DNA of 32,000 nucleotides from Dickeya dadantii NCPPB 898 (GCF_000406145.1 NZ_CM001976.1:777260-809259); one strand, 5' to 3'. Shown: positions 8,752 to 20,363, counted from the stretch's first letter. Numbers and translations: made by a program. Notes: a model not told the origin generated them from the sequence alone.

Positions 8752-10173
8752 ATGAAAGAGAATCAACTGAAAAAGAACAGCCTGGGGCTGTGGTCGTTAG
8801 TGTTTTTCGTGGTTGCAGCCGCGTCGCCGTTGACCGGGGTGATCGGCGGGCTGCCGGTGGCGATGTCGGCGGGCAACGGCGCCGGGATTCCCGCCATGTA
8901 TGTGCTGGCCGGGGCGATTCTGCTGGTGTTCTCGTTTGGGTATATCGCCATGAGCCGTTACGTGACCAACGCCGGCGCGTTTTACAGTTACATCGCGCTG
9001 GGGCTGGGGCAACGCACCGGCGTGAGCGCGCTGACGGTGGCGCTACTGGCCTATTTCGCCATTCAGATCGCGGTGGTGGCGCTGTTCGGCTTTTTCAGCC
9101 AGATGTACGTGCAGGATCATCTCGGCGTCAATTTGCCCTGGTGGGCTTACAGCGGCGCGATGTTGCTGGTGATCTGCTATCTGGGGATCGAAAGCGTGGA
9201 GATCGGCGGCAAGGTGTTGGGCATCCTGATGCTACTGGAGGTGGGCATCGTGCTGTTGACCGATATCGCGATCCTGTGGTCGCACGGGCCACAGCCGCTG
9301 ACTTTCGCCTCTTTTACGCCGTCGGTGGTCCAGCAGGGCAACCTCGGCATTGCGCTGGTGTTCACCATCGCCGCCTTCATCGGTTTCGAATCCACCGCCA
9401 TCTACGGCGAAGAGTGCCGGGAACCGGCCAAAACCATTCCCCGCGCCACCCTGATGGCGGTGGTGCTGATCACGCTGTTTTTTGCGCTGACCAGTTGGGC
9501 GATGGTGCAGGCGTACGGGCTGGAGCAGGTGCGGGAGCAGGCGCTCAACAATCCGGGCCGGTTCGTGTTTGACGTCGCCAGCCGCCTGCTGGGGCCGTGG
9601 TCGGAACAGGTGATGTCGTTGCTGCTGATCACCAGCCTGTTCGCCGCCGCGCAGGCGTTCCACAACAACATTTCCCGCTACCTGTTCAGCATCAGCCGCG
9701 ACGGGGTTCTGTGGTCGAAAATGGCGCAGGTGCGGAGCGGCAAAGGGACGCCTTACATCGCCAGTCTGGTGCAGACGCTGATGATGCTGGCGTTATTACT
9801 GGCGCTGACGGCCGGCGGCGCGGACCCGATGATGCATATTTTCGCCTGGGGTTCCGCGGTGGCGACGATGGCGATCCTGCTGTTGCAGGGCGGGGTATCG
9901 CTGGCGGTGGTGATGTTCTTTCGTCGCGCGCCTCATTATCCGGTGTCGGCCTGGAGTCGCCTGTGGGCGCCGCTGTGCTCGGCGGTATCGATGGGCGTGG
10001 CGTTGCTGATGGTGAGCGACAACATGGATGTGCTGAGCGGTTCCTCGTCACAGCTGGTGTTCTTTATTCCGTGGGCGGTGGTAGGGATCGCGCTGGCGGG
10101 TTACCTGTTCGCCTGCCGGAGCCAACAGACGGGGCGTGCTTTCACGCTGGAGAATATGAACTCGCGGGGATAG
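8752..10173 (+). CDS. APC-superfamily amino acid/amine permease
   Basis: 473 aa with about 12 hydrophobic segments. The N-terminus KKNSLGLWSLVFFVVAAASPLTGV and FIGFESTAIYGEE are typical APC features. Track ORF is 8683..10173. The start was moved to ATG 8752, which has GAGGG upstream. Confidence 0.8.
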   Translation: MKENQLKKNSLGLWSLVFFVVAAASPLTGVIGGLPVAMSAGNGAGIPAMYVLAGAILLVFSFGYIAMSRYVTNAGAFYSYIALGLGQRTGVSALTVALLAYFAIQIAVVALFGFFSQMYVQDHLGVNLPWWAYSGAMLLVICYLGIESVEIGGKVLGILMLLEVGIVLLTDIAILWSHGPQPLTFASFTPSVVQQGNLGIALVFTIAAFIGFESTAIYGEECREPAKTIPRATLMAVVLITLFFALTSWAMVQAYGLEQVREQALNNPGRFVFDVASRLLGPWSEQVMSLLLITSLFAAAQAFHNNISRYLFSISRDGVLWSKMAQVRSGKGTPYIASLVQTLMMLALLLALTAGGADPMMHIFAWGSAVATMAILLLQGGVSLAVVMFFRRAPHYPVSAWSRLWAPLCSAVSMGVALLMVSDNMDVLSGSSSQLVFFIPWAVVGIALAGYLFACRSQQTGRAFTLENMNSRG

Positions 10174-10181
10174 CGGAAAAT

Positions 10182-10217
10182 GCCGGGGAGCATCGTCCCC
10201 GGCGTAGCCTGTTTTTT
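10182..10217. terminator. Bidirectional intrinsic terminator between the permease (+) and the MFS gene (-)
   Basis: gccgggga (10182-10189) / tccccggc (10196-10203) with a 6-nt loop. A T-run at 10212-10217 serves the + strand, and ATTTTCC follows the stem on the - strand. Confidence 0.6.
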
Positions 10218-11392
10218 CAGTCCAGCAGCGGACGGGGTTGTCTGTCCAGCCGGCCGCTCAGGGTGATCAACAGTAGCGCGACGGCCACAATCACCGCGCC
10301 GATCCACGGCGTTTGCGCCAGTCCGCCGCGGGCGACCGTCTGCCCGCCGATCACCGACCCCAGCGCAATGCCGACGTTAAACGCCGCAATGTTCAAACCG
10401 GACGCGACGTCCACCGCATGGGGCGCATACTGTTCGGCTTTCTGAACCACATAGACCTGCAGGCCCGGCACATTGCCGAACGCGAACACCCCCATCGCCA
10501 GCACCGTCGCCAGCGCGGCGTACTGGATGGATGCCGTGAACTGGAACACCAGCAGCAACAGCGCCAGCGCCGCGAAGATAAATGTCAGCGCCGGCACCGC
10601 GCCGTGGCGATCCGCCAGTTTCCCGCCCCAGAGATTGCCAATCGCCACCGACACGCCATAACCCAGCAGAATCCAGCTGACGGCGGAGGGGCTAAACCCT
10701 GCCAGATCCTGCATCATCGACGCCAGAAAGGTGAAGGCGGTGAACACGCCGCCGTAACCCAGCGCGGTAATCGCGTAAATCATCAGCAGTCTGGGGTGGG
10801 TCAGCACCTGCAACTGCGCTTTCAGGCTGGCGATGGCCCGGCCGGGGATGGTGTTCGGCACCAGCAGCAGGCTGCTTAACAGTGAAATCACGCCCAGCGC
10901 CGACACGGCCAGAAAGGTTTCGCGCCAGCCGGCATGCTGGCCGATGAAGGTGCCCAGCGGTACGCCGGTCACCAGCGCCACGGTCAGCCCGCCGAACATG
11001 ATGGCGATCGCCGAAGCGGCTTTCTCTTTCGGCACCAGACTGGTGGCGATGGTGGAGCCAATCGAGAAGAACACGCCATGCGCCAGCCCGGTCAGCAGCC
11101 GCGCCGCTACCAGCGTGGCGTAGTTGGGGGCCAGCCAGGCCAGCAGGTTGCCGGCGGTGAACAGCGCCATCAGCCCGACCAGCAGCGGTTTGCGCGGTAG
11201 CGTTCCGGTGAGCGCGGTCAGCACCGGCGCGCCCACGGCGACGCCCAGCGCGTAAATGGAAACCAGCAGTCCTGCCGAGGGCAGCGAGATCGCCAGTTGG
11301 TCGGCGATGGTCGGCACCAGGCCGACAATCACGAATTCGGTGGTGCCAATTGCAAAGGCACTGATGGTGAGAGCCAGTAACGCCAGCGGCAT
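10217..11392 (-). CDS. MFS transporter, DHA1 / YdhP-like
   Basis: FAIGTTEFVIVGLVPTIADQL.ISLPSAGLLVSIYALGVAVGAPVLT resembles E. coli YdhP (FGIGTTEFSPMGLLPVIARGV...). There are 12 hydrophobic segments. The start was moved to ATG 11392, with GGAG 6 nt upstream. Confidence 0.8.
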   Translation of the reverse strand: MPLALLALTISAFAIGTTEFVIVGLVPTIADQLAISLPSAGLLVSIYALGVAVGAPVLTALTGTLPRKPLLVGLMALFTAGNLLAWLAPNYATLVAARLLTGLAHGVFFSIGSTIATSLVPKEKAASAIAIMFGGLTVALVTGVPLGTFIGQHAGWRETFLAVSALGVISLLSSLLLVPNTIPGRAIASLKAQLQVLTHPRLLMIYAITALGYGGVFTAFTFLASMMQDLAGFSPSAVSWILLGYGVSVAIGNLWGGKLADRHGAVPALTFIFAALALLLLVFQFTASIQYAALATVLAMGVFAFGNVPGLQVYVVQKAEQYAPHAVDVASGLNIAAFNVGIALGSVIGGQTVARGGLAQTPWIGAVIVAVALLLITLSGRLDRQPRPLLD

Positions 11393-11498
11393 AATTATCT
11401 CCATAAAACGGGGTTTGATTAATGGCGCTCAGTATGGAGAACTGCTTAAATAACAAAAATGGCTAAAATCTCAATGGAATTTTGCTGGAGAAGCAAAA

Positions 11499-12386
11499 AT
11501 GAAGGCGACCTCGGAAGAGCTGGCGATTTTTGTCTCGGTGGTGGAAAGCGGCAGCTTCAGCCGGGCGGCGGAACAGCTGGGGCTGGCGAACTCGGCGGTG
11601 AGCCGGGCGGTGAAGAAACTCGAAATGAAGCTGGGCGTTAGTCTGCTGAACCGCACCACGCGGCAACTGAGCCTGACGGAAGAGGGCGAACGCTATTTTC
11701 GCCGGGTACAGCAGATACTACAGGAGATGGCGGCGGCGGAAACCGAACTGATGGAAACCCGCCGCACGCCGCGCGGCCTGTTGCGCATCGACGCCGCTAC
11801 GCCGGTGGTGCTGCATTTGTTGATGCCGCTGGTCAAACCGTTTCGTGAACGTTACCCCGAGGTGACGCTGTCGTTGGTGTCGTCGGAGACGTTTATCAAT
11901 CTGATTGAGCGCAAGGTCGATGTGGCGATCCGCGCCGGGACGCTCACCGACTCCAGCCTGCGCGCCCGCCCGTTGTTTACCAGCTATCGCAAGATCGTCG
12001 CCTCGCCGGACTATGTGGCGAAACACGGCGCGCCGCAGCATGTGGATGAACTGGCGCGGCATCTTTGCCTGGGGTTTACCGAGCCGGTGTCGCTCAACAC
12101 CTGGCCGGTGGCGCGCGCAGACGGCCAACTGTATGAGATTGCGGTGGGGCTGTCGTCCAACAGCGGCGAAACCCTCAAGCAACTGAGCCTGACGGGCAAC
12201 GGCATCGCTTGTCTGTCGGATTACATGATTGATGGGGAGATCGCCCGCGGCGAACTGGTGGAACTGCTCGCCGACCAGCGCCTGCCGGTCGCCATGCCGT
12301 TCAGCGCGGTCTATTACAGCGACCGCGCCGTCAGTACCCGCATCCGGGCGTTTATCGATTTTCTGAGCGAGCAGGTGCAGCGGTAA
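11499..12386 (+). CDS. yafC: LysR-family transcriptional regulator, YafC-like
   Basis: [69 protein letters not shown] matches my recollection of E. coli YafC almost residue for residue. It is convergent with dkgB as in E. coli, and divergent from the MFS gene. Confidence 0.8.
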   Translation: MKATSEELAIFVSVVESGSFSRAAEQLGLANSAVSRAVKKLEMKLGVSLLNRTTRQLSLTEEGERYFRRVQQILQEMAAAETELMETRRTPRGLLRIDAATPVVLHLLMPLVKPFRERYPEVTLSLVSSETFINLIERKVDVAIRAGTLTDSSLRARPLFTSYRKIVASPDYVAKHGAPQHVDELARHLCLGFTEPVSLNTWPVARADGQLYEIAVGLSSNSGETLKQLSLTGNGIACLSDYMIDGEIARGELVELLADQRLPVAMPFSAVYYSDRAVSTRIRAFIDFLSEQVQR

Positions 12387-12416
12387 GAACAGGTGTAGCG
12401 GTAAGAAAGTGGTAAG

Positions 12417-12453
12417 AAAACGGTGGGGCTGATTGTCGATCGCCCCACCGTTT
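12417..12453. terminator. Hairpin between convergent yafC and dkgB
   Basis: aaaacggtggggc ... gccccaccgtttc: a 9-12 bp stem (12421-12429 / 12442-12450) with an 11-12 nt loop. Confidence 0.55.
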
Positions 12454-12463
12454 CAACGGTTGA

Positions 12464-13270
12464 TTACCGATCCCACTCCGGCGCCAGCCCGTCCGGGCTG
12501 ACCAGTCGCTCGTTGCGATCCAGCGCGGCGATGGCCGTCATGTCGTCGGCATCCAGCGTCAGCGTTGGCGCCAGCAGGTTGCTCTGCAAGTTCTCGCGTT
12601 TTGTCGACGAGGGGATCACGGCGTAACCCAGCGCCAGCGCCCAGGCCAGAACCACCTGCGCGGGCGTGGCCTGATGCTTCGCGGCGATCGTACCAATCAC
12701 CTTATCTTTCAGCGTGTTGCCGTAGGCCAGCGTCATGTAAGAGGTGATGTGGATGCCATGTGCATGCGCCCAGTCCGCTACGCGGCGGTTTTGCAGGTAC
12801 GGCGACAGCTCGATCTGGTTGGTGGCGATCTGTCCGGCGCCGACGGCGTCAATGGCTTGCTGCATCAGCGCGATGGTGAAGTTGGACACGCCGATTTCGC
12901 GCGTCAGCCCCTGCTGTTTCGCTTCCACCAGCGCCTGCATGGATTCCGCCACGCTGACTGCATGGCCGGGCGACGGCCAGTGGATCAGCGTCAGATCCAC
13001 GTAGTCGGTGCGCAGCTTGCTCAGGCTCTGTTTCAGGCTGGGGAGCAGTTTTTCCCGGCTCAGGTTTTCGGTCCAGATCTTGGTGGTGAGATACAGCTCG
13101 CCGCGCGGCACGCCGCTTTCCGCCACCGCCTGACCCACCGCCGCTTCGTTGTCATAAATCTGCGCGGTATCGATGGCGCGGTAGCCCAGCGCCAGCGCGT
13201 TGTTGACCGAAGCGATGACTACCTCGTCTTTAAGGCGGAACGTACCTAACCCGAATGCAGGAACTGCCAT
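12464..13270 (-). CDS. dkgB: 2,5-didehydrogluconate reductase B (aldo-keto reductase)
   Basis: [22 protein letters not shown]...[37 protein letters not shown]...[16 protein letters not shown]...[13 protein letters not shown]...[13 protein letters not shown] is collinear with E. coli DkgB. Confidence 0.95.
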   Translation of the reverse strand: MAVPAFGLGTFRLKDEVVIASVNNALALGYRAIDTAQIYDNEAAVGQAVAESGVPRGELYLTTKIWTENLSREKLLPSLKQSLSKLRTDYVDLTLIHWPSPGHAVSVAESMQALVEAKQQGLTREIGVSNFTIALMQQAIDAVGAGQIATNQIELSPYLQNRRVADWAHAHGIHITSYMTLAYGNTLKDKVIGTIAAKHQATPAQVVLAWALALGYAVIPSSTKRENLQSNLLAPTLTLDADDMTAIAALDRNERLVSPDGLAPEWDR

Positions 13271-13427
13271 GATTGACCTCGTTTGTCACAGGAATAAGGC
13301 GGTGGATTATCACGAGGTGCGACGCTGTGAAAAAGATGAACAAACGCAGAGGTTTTTTGCTGTCGCGGCAATAATGCAGGGAAATAAGGCGTGAAATAAA
13401 TCGGCGATACAGAAAAGCCGCGACAAG

Positions 13428-13454
13428 AAAAAGCCCCGGCGCAGCGACGGGGCT
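13428..13454 (-). terminator. Rho-independent terminator of iolR
   Basis: On the - strand: AGCCCCG-tcgctgcgc-CGGGGCT followed by TTTTTCTT (stem 13432-13438 / 13448-13454). It lies about 30 nt after the iolR stop. Confidence 0.75.
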
Positions 13455-13482
13455 TCCCGAATCAATAATCAATGCCCGGCGT

Positions 13483-14340
13483 TCAGGCGCTTTTCTGGCC
13501 TTCTTCACGCTGGCGCAGGCTGTTGCCCTGGCGATAGGCCAGCGACACCATCAGCGACTGCACCAGACACAGCGTGGCCGACTGGGAGCGGAAGGCGTCC
13601 ACCTGCGCTTCTTTCACCACAAAGCACACATCGCTGAGCGTGGCCAGCGGGCTGACCTGACTGTCGGTGATCACGATCTGGCGCGCGCCCGCGCTGGCGG
13701 CCATTTCGCTCACCATCACCGTTTCCTGCGCATACGGCGAGAAGCTGATCGATACCACAATGTCTTTGTCGTTCAGGCGGCACAACTGCTCGCGGAACAT
13801 ACCGCCCAGCCCGTTGACCAGCACCGGGCGGCTTTCCAGATGGCTCAGCGCGTAGGACAGGTAGGTGGCGACGCTGAACGAGCGTCGCAGCCCGACGATG
13901 TAGATGGTGTCGGCCTGTGCCAGCAAATCGACCGCTTTTTCCAGCTCTTCCGGCTGGGTGCGCGCGGCCAGTTGCTGCATCGCCTGCGCGTTGGAGCGGG
14001 CGAACTCGTGCAGGATGTCCTGCGGGCGTTCCGGCACGGTGTCTTCCATCTCCCGAAACAGGCGCGCCCGATCGGTGTAGCTGGCGGTTTCCTCCACCAG
14101 ATTCATGCGGAACAGCTGTTTCATTTCATTGAAACCGCTGAAATCGAAGGCGTTGGCGAAGCGGATAAGCGTGGAGGGCGGTACGTCCGCCTGCTCGGCG
14201 ATCACCGCCACGGTGTCGAACGCCACGCTGTTGGTATTATCCAGCACATAACGCGCCACCTGCTGCAAACGCTTGCTCAGGGAGTCGTACCGCGCACGGA
14301 TTTGCTCCTGTAATTCTCTCAGGCTGGTCGCCATAGCCAT
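13483..14340 (-). CDS. iolR: RpiR/MurR-family repressor of inositol catabolism
   Basis: An N-terminal RpiR HTH (LSKRLQQVARYVLDN...VAVIAEQADVPPSTLIRFANAFDFSGFNEMK) plus a SIS domain (IYIVGLRRSFSVATYL...). It is divergent from iolA, as in enterobacterial iol loci. The start is uncertain (ATG 14358, 14340 or 14334). I chose 14340 because GGAG sits 9 nt upstream. Confidence 0.8.
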   Translation of the reverse strand: MAMATSLRELQEQIRARYDSLSKRLQQVARYVLDNTNSVAFDTVAVIAEQADVPPSTLIRFANAFDFSGFNEMKQLFRMNLVEETASYTDRARLFREMEDTVPERPQDILHEFARSNAQAMQQLAARTQPEELEKAVDLLAQADTIYIVGLRRSFSVATYLSYALSHLESRPVLVNGLGGMFREQLCRLNDKDIVVSISFSPYAQETVMVSEMAASAGARQIVITDSQVSPLATLSDVCFVVKEAQVDAFRSQSATLCLVQSLMVSLAYRQGNSLRQREEGQKSA

Positions 14341-14579
14341 AGTGTTGTTCTCCGTCATCCCGGCGGGATGCTGCTGATCCGATTCTAGTGAGTTGAACCG
14401 GCATTTCAAACCGATTTGTCATTTTTTCGGTGAAAAATAGAATGAATAATTCAGTTTTTCTGGACGTTACCGGCTGATGAAACCGCATGGAAAGCCGGTT
14501 AAATGCTGGTTACCTGCCGTTTACCGGAAAATCTATCCTGGATCACAATAATCAACATTTGTTTTATTTCTTATTAAAA

Positions 14580-14595
14580 TGGAATTTTTATTTCA
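14580..14595. promoter_or_regulatory. Dyad TGGAAT-N4-ATTTCA in the iolR-iolA divergent promoter region (candidate IolR operator)
   Basis: tggaattttt atttca. It contains the 9-mer tttatttca (= TGAAATAAA) that recurs at 13392, 22292 and 22551. See findings. Confidence 0.35.
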
Positions 14596-14652
14596 TATAC
14601 AGTAAAGCGGTATCAGCCATCTGTCACCCTAAACCCCAGCAGAGGTGTAACC

Positions 14653-16164
<1,512 letters not shown>

Positions 16165-16191
16165 TTCCACCTGATTTGCGGGAGCAGAACG

Positions 16192-18123
16192 ATGGACACG
16201 TTGAAAATGACCATGGCGCAGGCGCTGGTCCGGTTTCTCAATCAGCAATACCTTGACGTCGACGGCGAGCAAACGCCGCTGTTTGCCGGGGTGATGACCA
16301 TTTTCGGGCACGGCAACGTGCTCGGCATCGGGCAGGCGCTGGAGCAGGATGCCGGTCATCTGCAGGTGCATCAGGGGTGTAACGAGCAGGGCATGGCGCA
16401 CATCGCCGTCGGCTTTGCCAAACAGCACCGGCGGCGGCGGGTGTACGCGGTGACCACCTCGGTGGGGCCGGGGTCCGCCAATCTGGTGACGGCGGCGGCC
16501 ACCGCCACCGCCAACCGCATTCCGCTGTTGCTGCTGCCGGGGGATCTGTTCGCCAGCCGTCAGCCCGATCCGGTGTTGCAGCAAATCGAGCAGTATCACG
16601 ACGCGACCATCAGTACCAACGATTGCCTGCGGCCGGTGTCGCGCTACTGGGATCGCATCAGTCGTCCGGAGCAACTGATGAGCGCGCTGATCAATGCCAT
16701 GCGGGTGCTGACCGATCCGGCAGACACCGGCACGGTGACGTTATGCCTGCCGCAGGACGTGCAGGCGGAAGCCTGGGATTATCCGGCGGCGTTTTTCCAG
16801 CGCCGTGTGCATCATCTGGAACGCCGTCCGCCGGACGTCGCCCGGCTGGCGCAGGCGACAGCACTGCTGGCGCGTAAACGCCGCCCGCTGTTGATTTGCG
16901 GCGGCGGGGTGCGTTATGCCGGCGCGCACAACGCTTTTCAGCAGTTTGCCGAGCGCTTTAATCTGCCGTTTGGCGAAACCCAGGCGGGCAAGGGTGCGCT
17001 GGTATCGACGCACCCGCTTAACGCCGGTGGCATTGGCGTCACCGGCGGGCAGGCCGCCAACCGGCTGGCGGCGCAGGCGGACCTGGTGATTGGCGTCGGC
17101 ACCCGGCTGACCGACTTCACCACCGCTTCCAAATCGCTGTTTACCCACCCGCAGGTCGAATTTTTGCTGCTCAACGTGGCGGAGTTCGACGCGTTCAAAC
17201 TGGATGCCACCGCACTGATCGCCGACGCTCGCGAGGGGCTGACGCAACTGACGCAGGCGCTGGACGCTCAGGGTTATCGCAGCGGCTGGGGGGACGAGAT
17301 CGCGCAGGCGAGCCTCGACTGGCAACGGGAACGCCAGCGTCTGTTCGACCGGCGCGACGAAGACGGTCAGGGGCTGGAAATCGCCGGACATCTGGACGCG
17401 CAACTGGCGGAGTACCGCGAAACGCTGGGCACCCGGCTAACGCAAACCCGCGTACTGGGGCTGTTGAACGACGCGCTGGAAGACGACGCTATCGTGGTGG
17501 GCGCGGCCGGGTCGTTGCCCGGCGACCTGCAACGGCTGTGGCAGGTGAAAACGCCGGACAGTTACCATCTGGAGTACGGTTATTCCTGCATGGGCTATGA
17601 GATCGCAGCGGCGGTGGGCGCGCGGCTGGCGGCGCCGCGACAGCCGGTGTACGCGATGGTGGGCGACGGTTCTTATCTGATGCTGCACAGCGAGCTGCAA
17701 ACCGCGGTGCAGGAAGGCATCAAGATAACCGTGCTGCTGTTCGACAACGCCGGGTTTGGCTGCATCAACAACTTGCAGATGAGTCAGGGCATGGGCAGCT
17801 TTTGCACCGAGAACCGGCGGCGCGACCGGGACAGCGGCAAGCTAACCGGCTCGCTGGTGACGGTGGATTTCGCCCGCAACGCCGAAAGCTACGGTTGTCG
17901 GGCGTGGACGGTGCGGGATGAGGCATCGTTGCTGCAGGCGCTGCGTGAGGCGCAGGCACACTCCGGCCCCTGTCTGCTGGATATCAAGGTGCTGCCGAAA
18001 ACCATGACCCACGGTTACGACGCCTGGTGGAATACCGGCACCGCGCAGGTGGCGGACAAGCCGGCGATTGAAGCGGCGGCGCGCGAGGTGCGGTTACAGC
18101 GTTCGAAAGCACGACAGTATTAA
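16192..18123 (+). CDS. iolD: 3D-(3,5/4)-trihydroxycyclohexane-1,2-dione acylhydrolase (ThDP enzyme)
   Basis: 643-aa ThDP-dependent enzyme fold: an N-terminal pyrimidine-binding domain and the GDGSYLM...N ThDP motif at [37 protein letters not shown]. Length and context fit IolD. Confidence 0.9.
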   Translation: MDTLKMTMAQALVRFLNQQYLDVDGEQTPLFAGVMTIFGHGNVLGIGQALEQDAGHLQVHQGCNEQGMAHIAVGFAKQHRRRRVYAVTTSVGPGSANLVTAAATATANRIPLLLLPGDLFASRQPDPVLQQIEQYHDATISTNDCLRPVSRYWDRISRPEQLMSALINAMRVLTDPADTGTVTLCLPQDVQAEAWDYPAAFFQRRVHHLERRPPDVARLAQATALLARKRRPLLICGGGVRYAGAHNAFQQFAERFNLPFGETQAGKGALVSTHPLNAGGIGVTGGQAANRLAAQADLVIGVGTRLTDFTTASKSLFTHPQVEFLLLNVAEFDAFKLDATALIADAREGLTQLTQALDAQGYRSGWGDEIAQASLDWQRERQRLFDRRDEDGQGLEIAGHLDAQLAEYRETLGTRLTQTRVLGLLNDALEDDAIVVGAAGSLPGDLQRLWQVKTPDSYHLEYGYSCMGYEIAAAVGARLAAPRQPVYAMVGDGSYLMLHSELQTAVQEGIKITVLLFDNAGFGCINNLQMSQGMGSFCTENRRRDRDSGKLTGSLVTVDFARNAESYGCRAWTVRDEASLLQALREAQAHSGPCLLDIKVLPKTMTHGYDAWWNTGTAQVADKPAIEAAAREVRLQRSKARQY

Positions 18124-18310
18124 GGCCGATGACCGACAAACCTTTTGGCGACGATGTCCTGCAATGATTCGCGCCGCCGGCGTAGATTCACCATGCCGCT
18201 ATCAAGGCGGCATAGGACCTGTATAGCCGCAGACGATGCACAGGCCCGGCAACGCTGAGAACGGTGTAGCCGGGCTCGTGCGAAGGACGGGGCATTCCAC
18301 CTGTTTTCCG

Positions 18311-18772
18311 TCACTGAATCGGAATATGCATATCGATATCCCAGAAGCCGTCGCTGTAGCCGTCATTAAGATAGACTTCGAAACAGGCGCGCGCTGGGTC
18401 GATGGTTTTACCATCGCCGAGTAACGCGGCAAAAAATGCCTGCCACGACATGCCGAAATCGTCGTTGGATACGCGCACGCGGGCAATCGCGTACTGACCT
18501 GCGGCGATTTCCGTGGTGATCGCCCCTTCGCCGTCGGCGGGCAGATGAAAATCGGCGGATACGCTTACCACGGTATCCGCTTCCAGTTTTTCAGGCGGCG
18601 TTTCTTGCGGGTTGCCGTAATAAACCGCAACCCATTCCAGCGGCTGCACCGCGTGTTCATCCACCCATTTCATCAGTTGCTCAAATCCTTGCGGCACCGT
18701 TTGTTCCCATGGGCCTACCAGATGGAACCCAGCCGCATGGCGTTTATCCACATGCTGAACGTTGTAATTCAT
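18311..18772 (-). CDS. sbmC: DNA gyrase inhibitor SbmC/GyrI
   Basis: [63 protein letters not shown]...[24 protein letters not shown] is collinear with E. coli SbmC ([38 protein letters not shown]...). Confidence 0.9.
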   Translation of the reverse strand: MNYNVQHVDKRHAAGFHLVGPWEQTVPQGFEQLMKWVDEHAVQPLEWVAVYYGNPQETPPEKLEADTVVSVSADFHLPADGEGAITTEIAAGQYAIARVRVSNDDFGMSWQAFFAALLGDGKTIDPARACFEVYLNDGYSDGFWDIDMHIPIQ

Positions 18773-18794
18773 AGCTGATCCTTACCAATATGAT

Positions 18795-18814
18795 GACTGT
18801 GTATTTATACACCT
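18795..18814 (-). promoter_or_regulatory. Near-consensus LexA box upstream of sbmC
   Basis: gactgtgtatttatacacct has CTGT-N8-ACAC, one core mismatch from CTGT-N8-ACAG. It lies 25-40 nt upstream of the sbmC ATG and overlaps a TATAAA -10-like hexamer on the gene strand. Confidence 0.5.
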
Positions 18815-19030
18815 TAATATATACCTCAATGTCGCGTGGACACGATGATCGTATTCCGTATGCGAGCGAACTCGCATTCTTGTCAGAAGAAGGCGCTGAT
18901 GTCCCAGGCAGGAAAGAGATTGCATTAAAAACCGGCGGTGTATTTTTCGTCGGGTAATATTTATATTGTTTTAAAAATAATAGCCTGGAAATTATTAATT
19001 GGCCGATTATGAAAATAAGCCCGGCCGGAA

Positions 19031-20329
19031 TTACACATTTAAGCGATGTATTACATCGACAAACGCGGATACGCCGCTGTTAATTTCGCTAAAGCCGCGC
19101 GAGAGGTCGTGTATTTTCTCTCTCTCATCCCCTAAGAACTGATTAATCTGATCCAACTGCTGGTACATTTGCTCAATTAACCGGGAATTATCTTCAACCA
19201 TATGGGTGATTTTTTGCGTCGCGGCTGAGGTGGAGAGCGCCAGTTTGCGCACCTCTTCCGCCACCACGGAAAAGCCGCGTCCGGACTCGCCGGCCCGCGC
19301 GGCCTCAATCGCTGCATTAAGCGCCAGAATGTTGGTCTGGGAGGCGATGGCGTCGATGGTGCCGATCATCGCGCTGATGTTTTTGGCATGCTCGTGCAGG
19401 CGGGAGCCGATTTCCGAGGCCGATTGCACCTGAGTGGTAATCCGTTCGGCATTGTTGACCGTTTCCGTCAGCACTTCGCTGGCATTATGGGTGATTTGCG
19501 AGGTTTGTTCCGAGGTGGTCACCGCAATGTCCGCGATGCGCTTGGCGTTTTCGACCCGGGTGGTGATATCGGACGCGAATTTTATCACTTTGTAGACGTG
19601 TCCGTGGGCATCGAGAATCGGGTTATAGCTGGCTTCCAGCCACACCCGCTCATCCTGCGCGGTTTTACGCTCAAAACGGCCGACGAACGACTCGCCGTTA
19701 TTGAGCTTGTCCCAGAAGCGCGGGTTTTCCCGGTAGAAGATGTCGTAGCAAAATATTCGGTGGTGCTGGCCTTGTATTTCTTCCTGGCTATAGCCCATGG
19801 TTTTCAGGAAGTTATCGTTGGCCCAGATGATGTGCCCTTCCGGGGTAAATTCAATCACCGCCAGTGAACGGTGCAGGGCGGAGAGAATGGCGTCTTTGTC
19901 CACCAGCGCCTGATGATTCTGGGTAATGTCGGACGCCAGTTTGATAACCTTAATCACCTCGCCGTTACGGTTTTTTACCGGAAAATAGGTGGCTCGCAGG
20001 AAGAACTTGTCATGCTGTTTGTTGTAGCGGTCGAATACGCCGGAAAAAGATTCGCCGTTGGCCAGCCGTCGCCAGAACTCACGGTAATTTTCCGACCTCA
20101 CGTATTGAGGGTCGCAAAATATACGATGATGTTCGCCCTGTATTTCATCCAGCGTATATCCAAGCAGGTCGAGAAAAATCGGGTTGGCATAGAGAATGGT
20201 GCCATCAGGCATAAATTCGATATAAGCAATGCTTTGCTTAATCGCGTTCATATCATGTTCTGACGTGCTTGCCTTCGCTGCCGTAATCTTTTTTCCTTCT
20301 GTGCTCAGCACTTTTGATAATCCAAACAT
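19031..20329 (-). CDS. Soluble methyl-accepting chemotaxis protein with two tandem PAS domains (PAS-PAS-MA, BdlA-like architecture)
   Basis: Two paralogous PAS modules: [36 protein letters not shown]... and [36 protein letters not shown].... These are followed by the MCP hairpin core [37 protein letters not shown]. No hydrophobic segment is present. ATG 20329 is preferred over 20335 because AGGGG sits 6 nt upstream. Confidence 0.85.
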   Translation of the reverse strand: MFGLSKVLSTEGKKITAAKASTSEHDMNAIKQSIAYIEFMPDGTILYANPIFLDLLGYTLDEIQGEHHRIFCDPQYVRSENYREFWRRLANGESFSGVFDRYNKQHDKFFLRATYFPVKNRNGEVIKVIKLASDITQNHQALVDKDAILSALHRSLAVIEFTPEGHIIWANDNFLKTMGYSQEEIQGQHHRIFCYDIFYRENPRFWDKLNNGESFVGRFERKTAQDERVWLEASYNPILDAHGHVYKVIKFASDITTRVENAKRIADIAVTTSEQTSQITHNASEVLTETVNNAERITTQVQSASEIGSRLHEHAKNISAMIGTIDAIASQTNILALNAAIEAARAGESGRGFSVVAEEVRKLALSTSAATQKITHMVEDNSRLIEQMYQQLDQINQFLGDEREKIHDLSRGFSEINSGVSAFVDVIHRLNV

Positions 20330-20363
20330 CGCCATCCCCTATATCGGAAACATATCAGTGACC

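Noticed and set aside
13230-13508. 92-aa minus-strand ORF bridging dkgB and iolR.
   Set aside because: It overlaps the starts and ends of both real genes and runs through the iolR terminator hairpin and the AT-rich operator-like region. There is no SD.
18124-18310. Hairpins between iolD and sbmC (atgccgc/gcggcat at 18193-18213; gcccggc/gccgggc at 18244-18275), considered as terminators or an att-like tRNA fragment.
   Set aside because: No U-run follows either stem on either strand, and there is no resemblance to a tRNA 3' end. They may be weak or Rho-dependent termination signals, but I cannot support a specific call.
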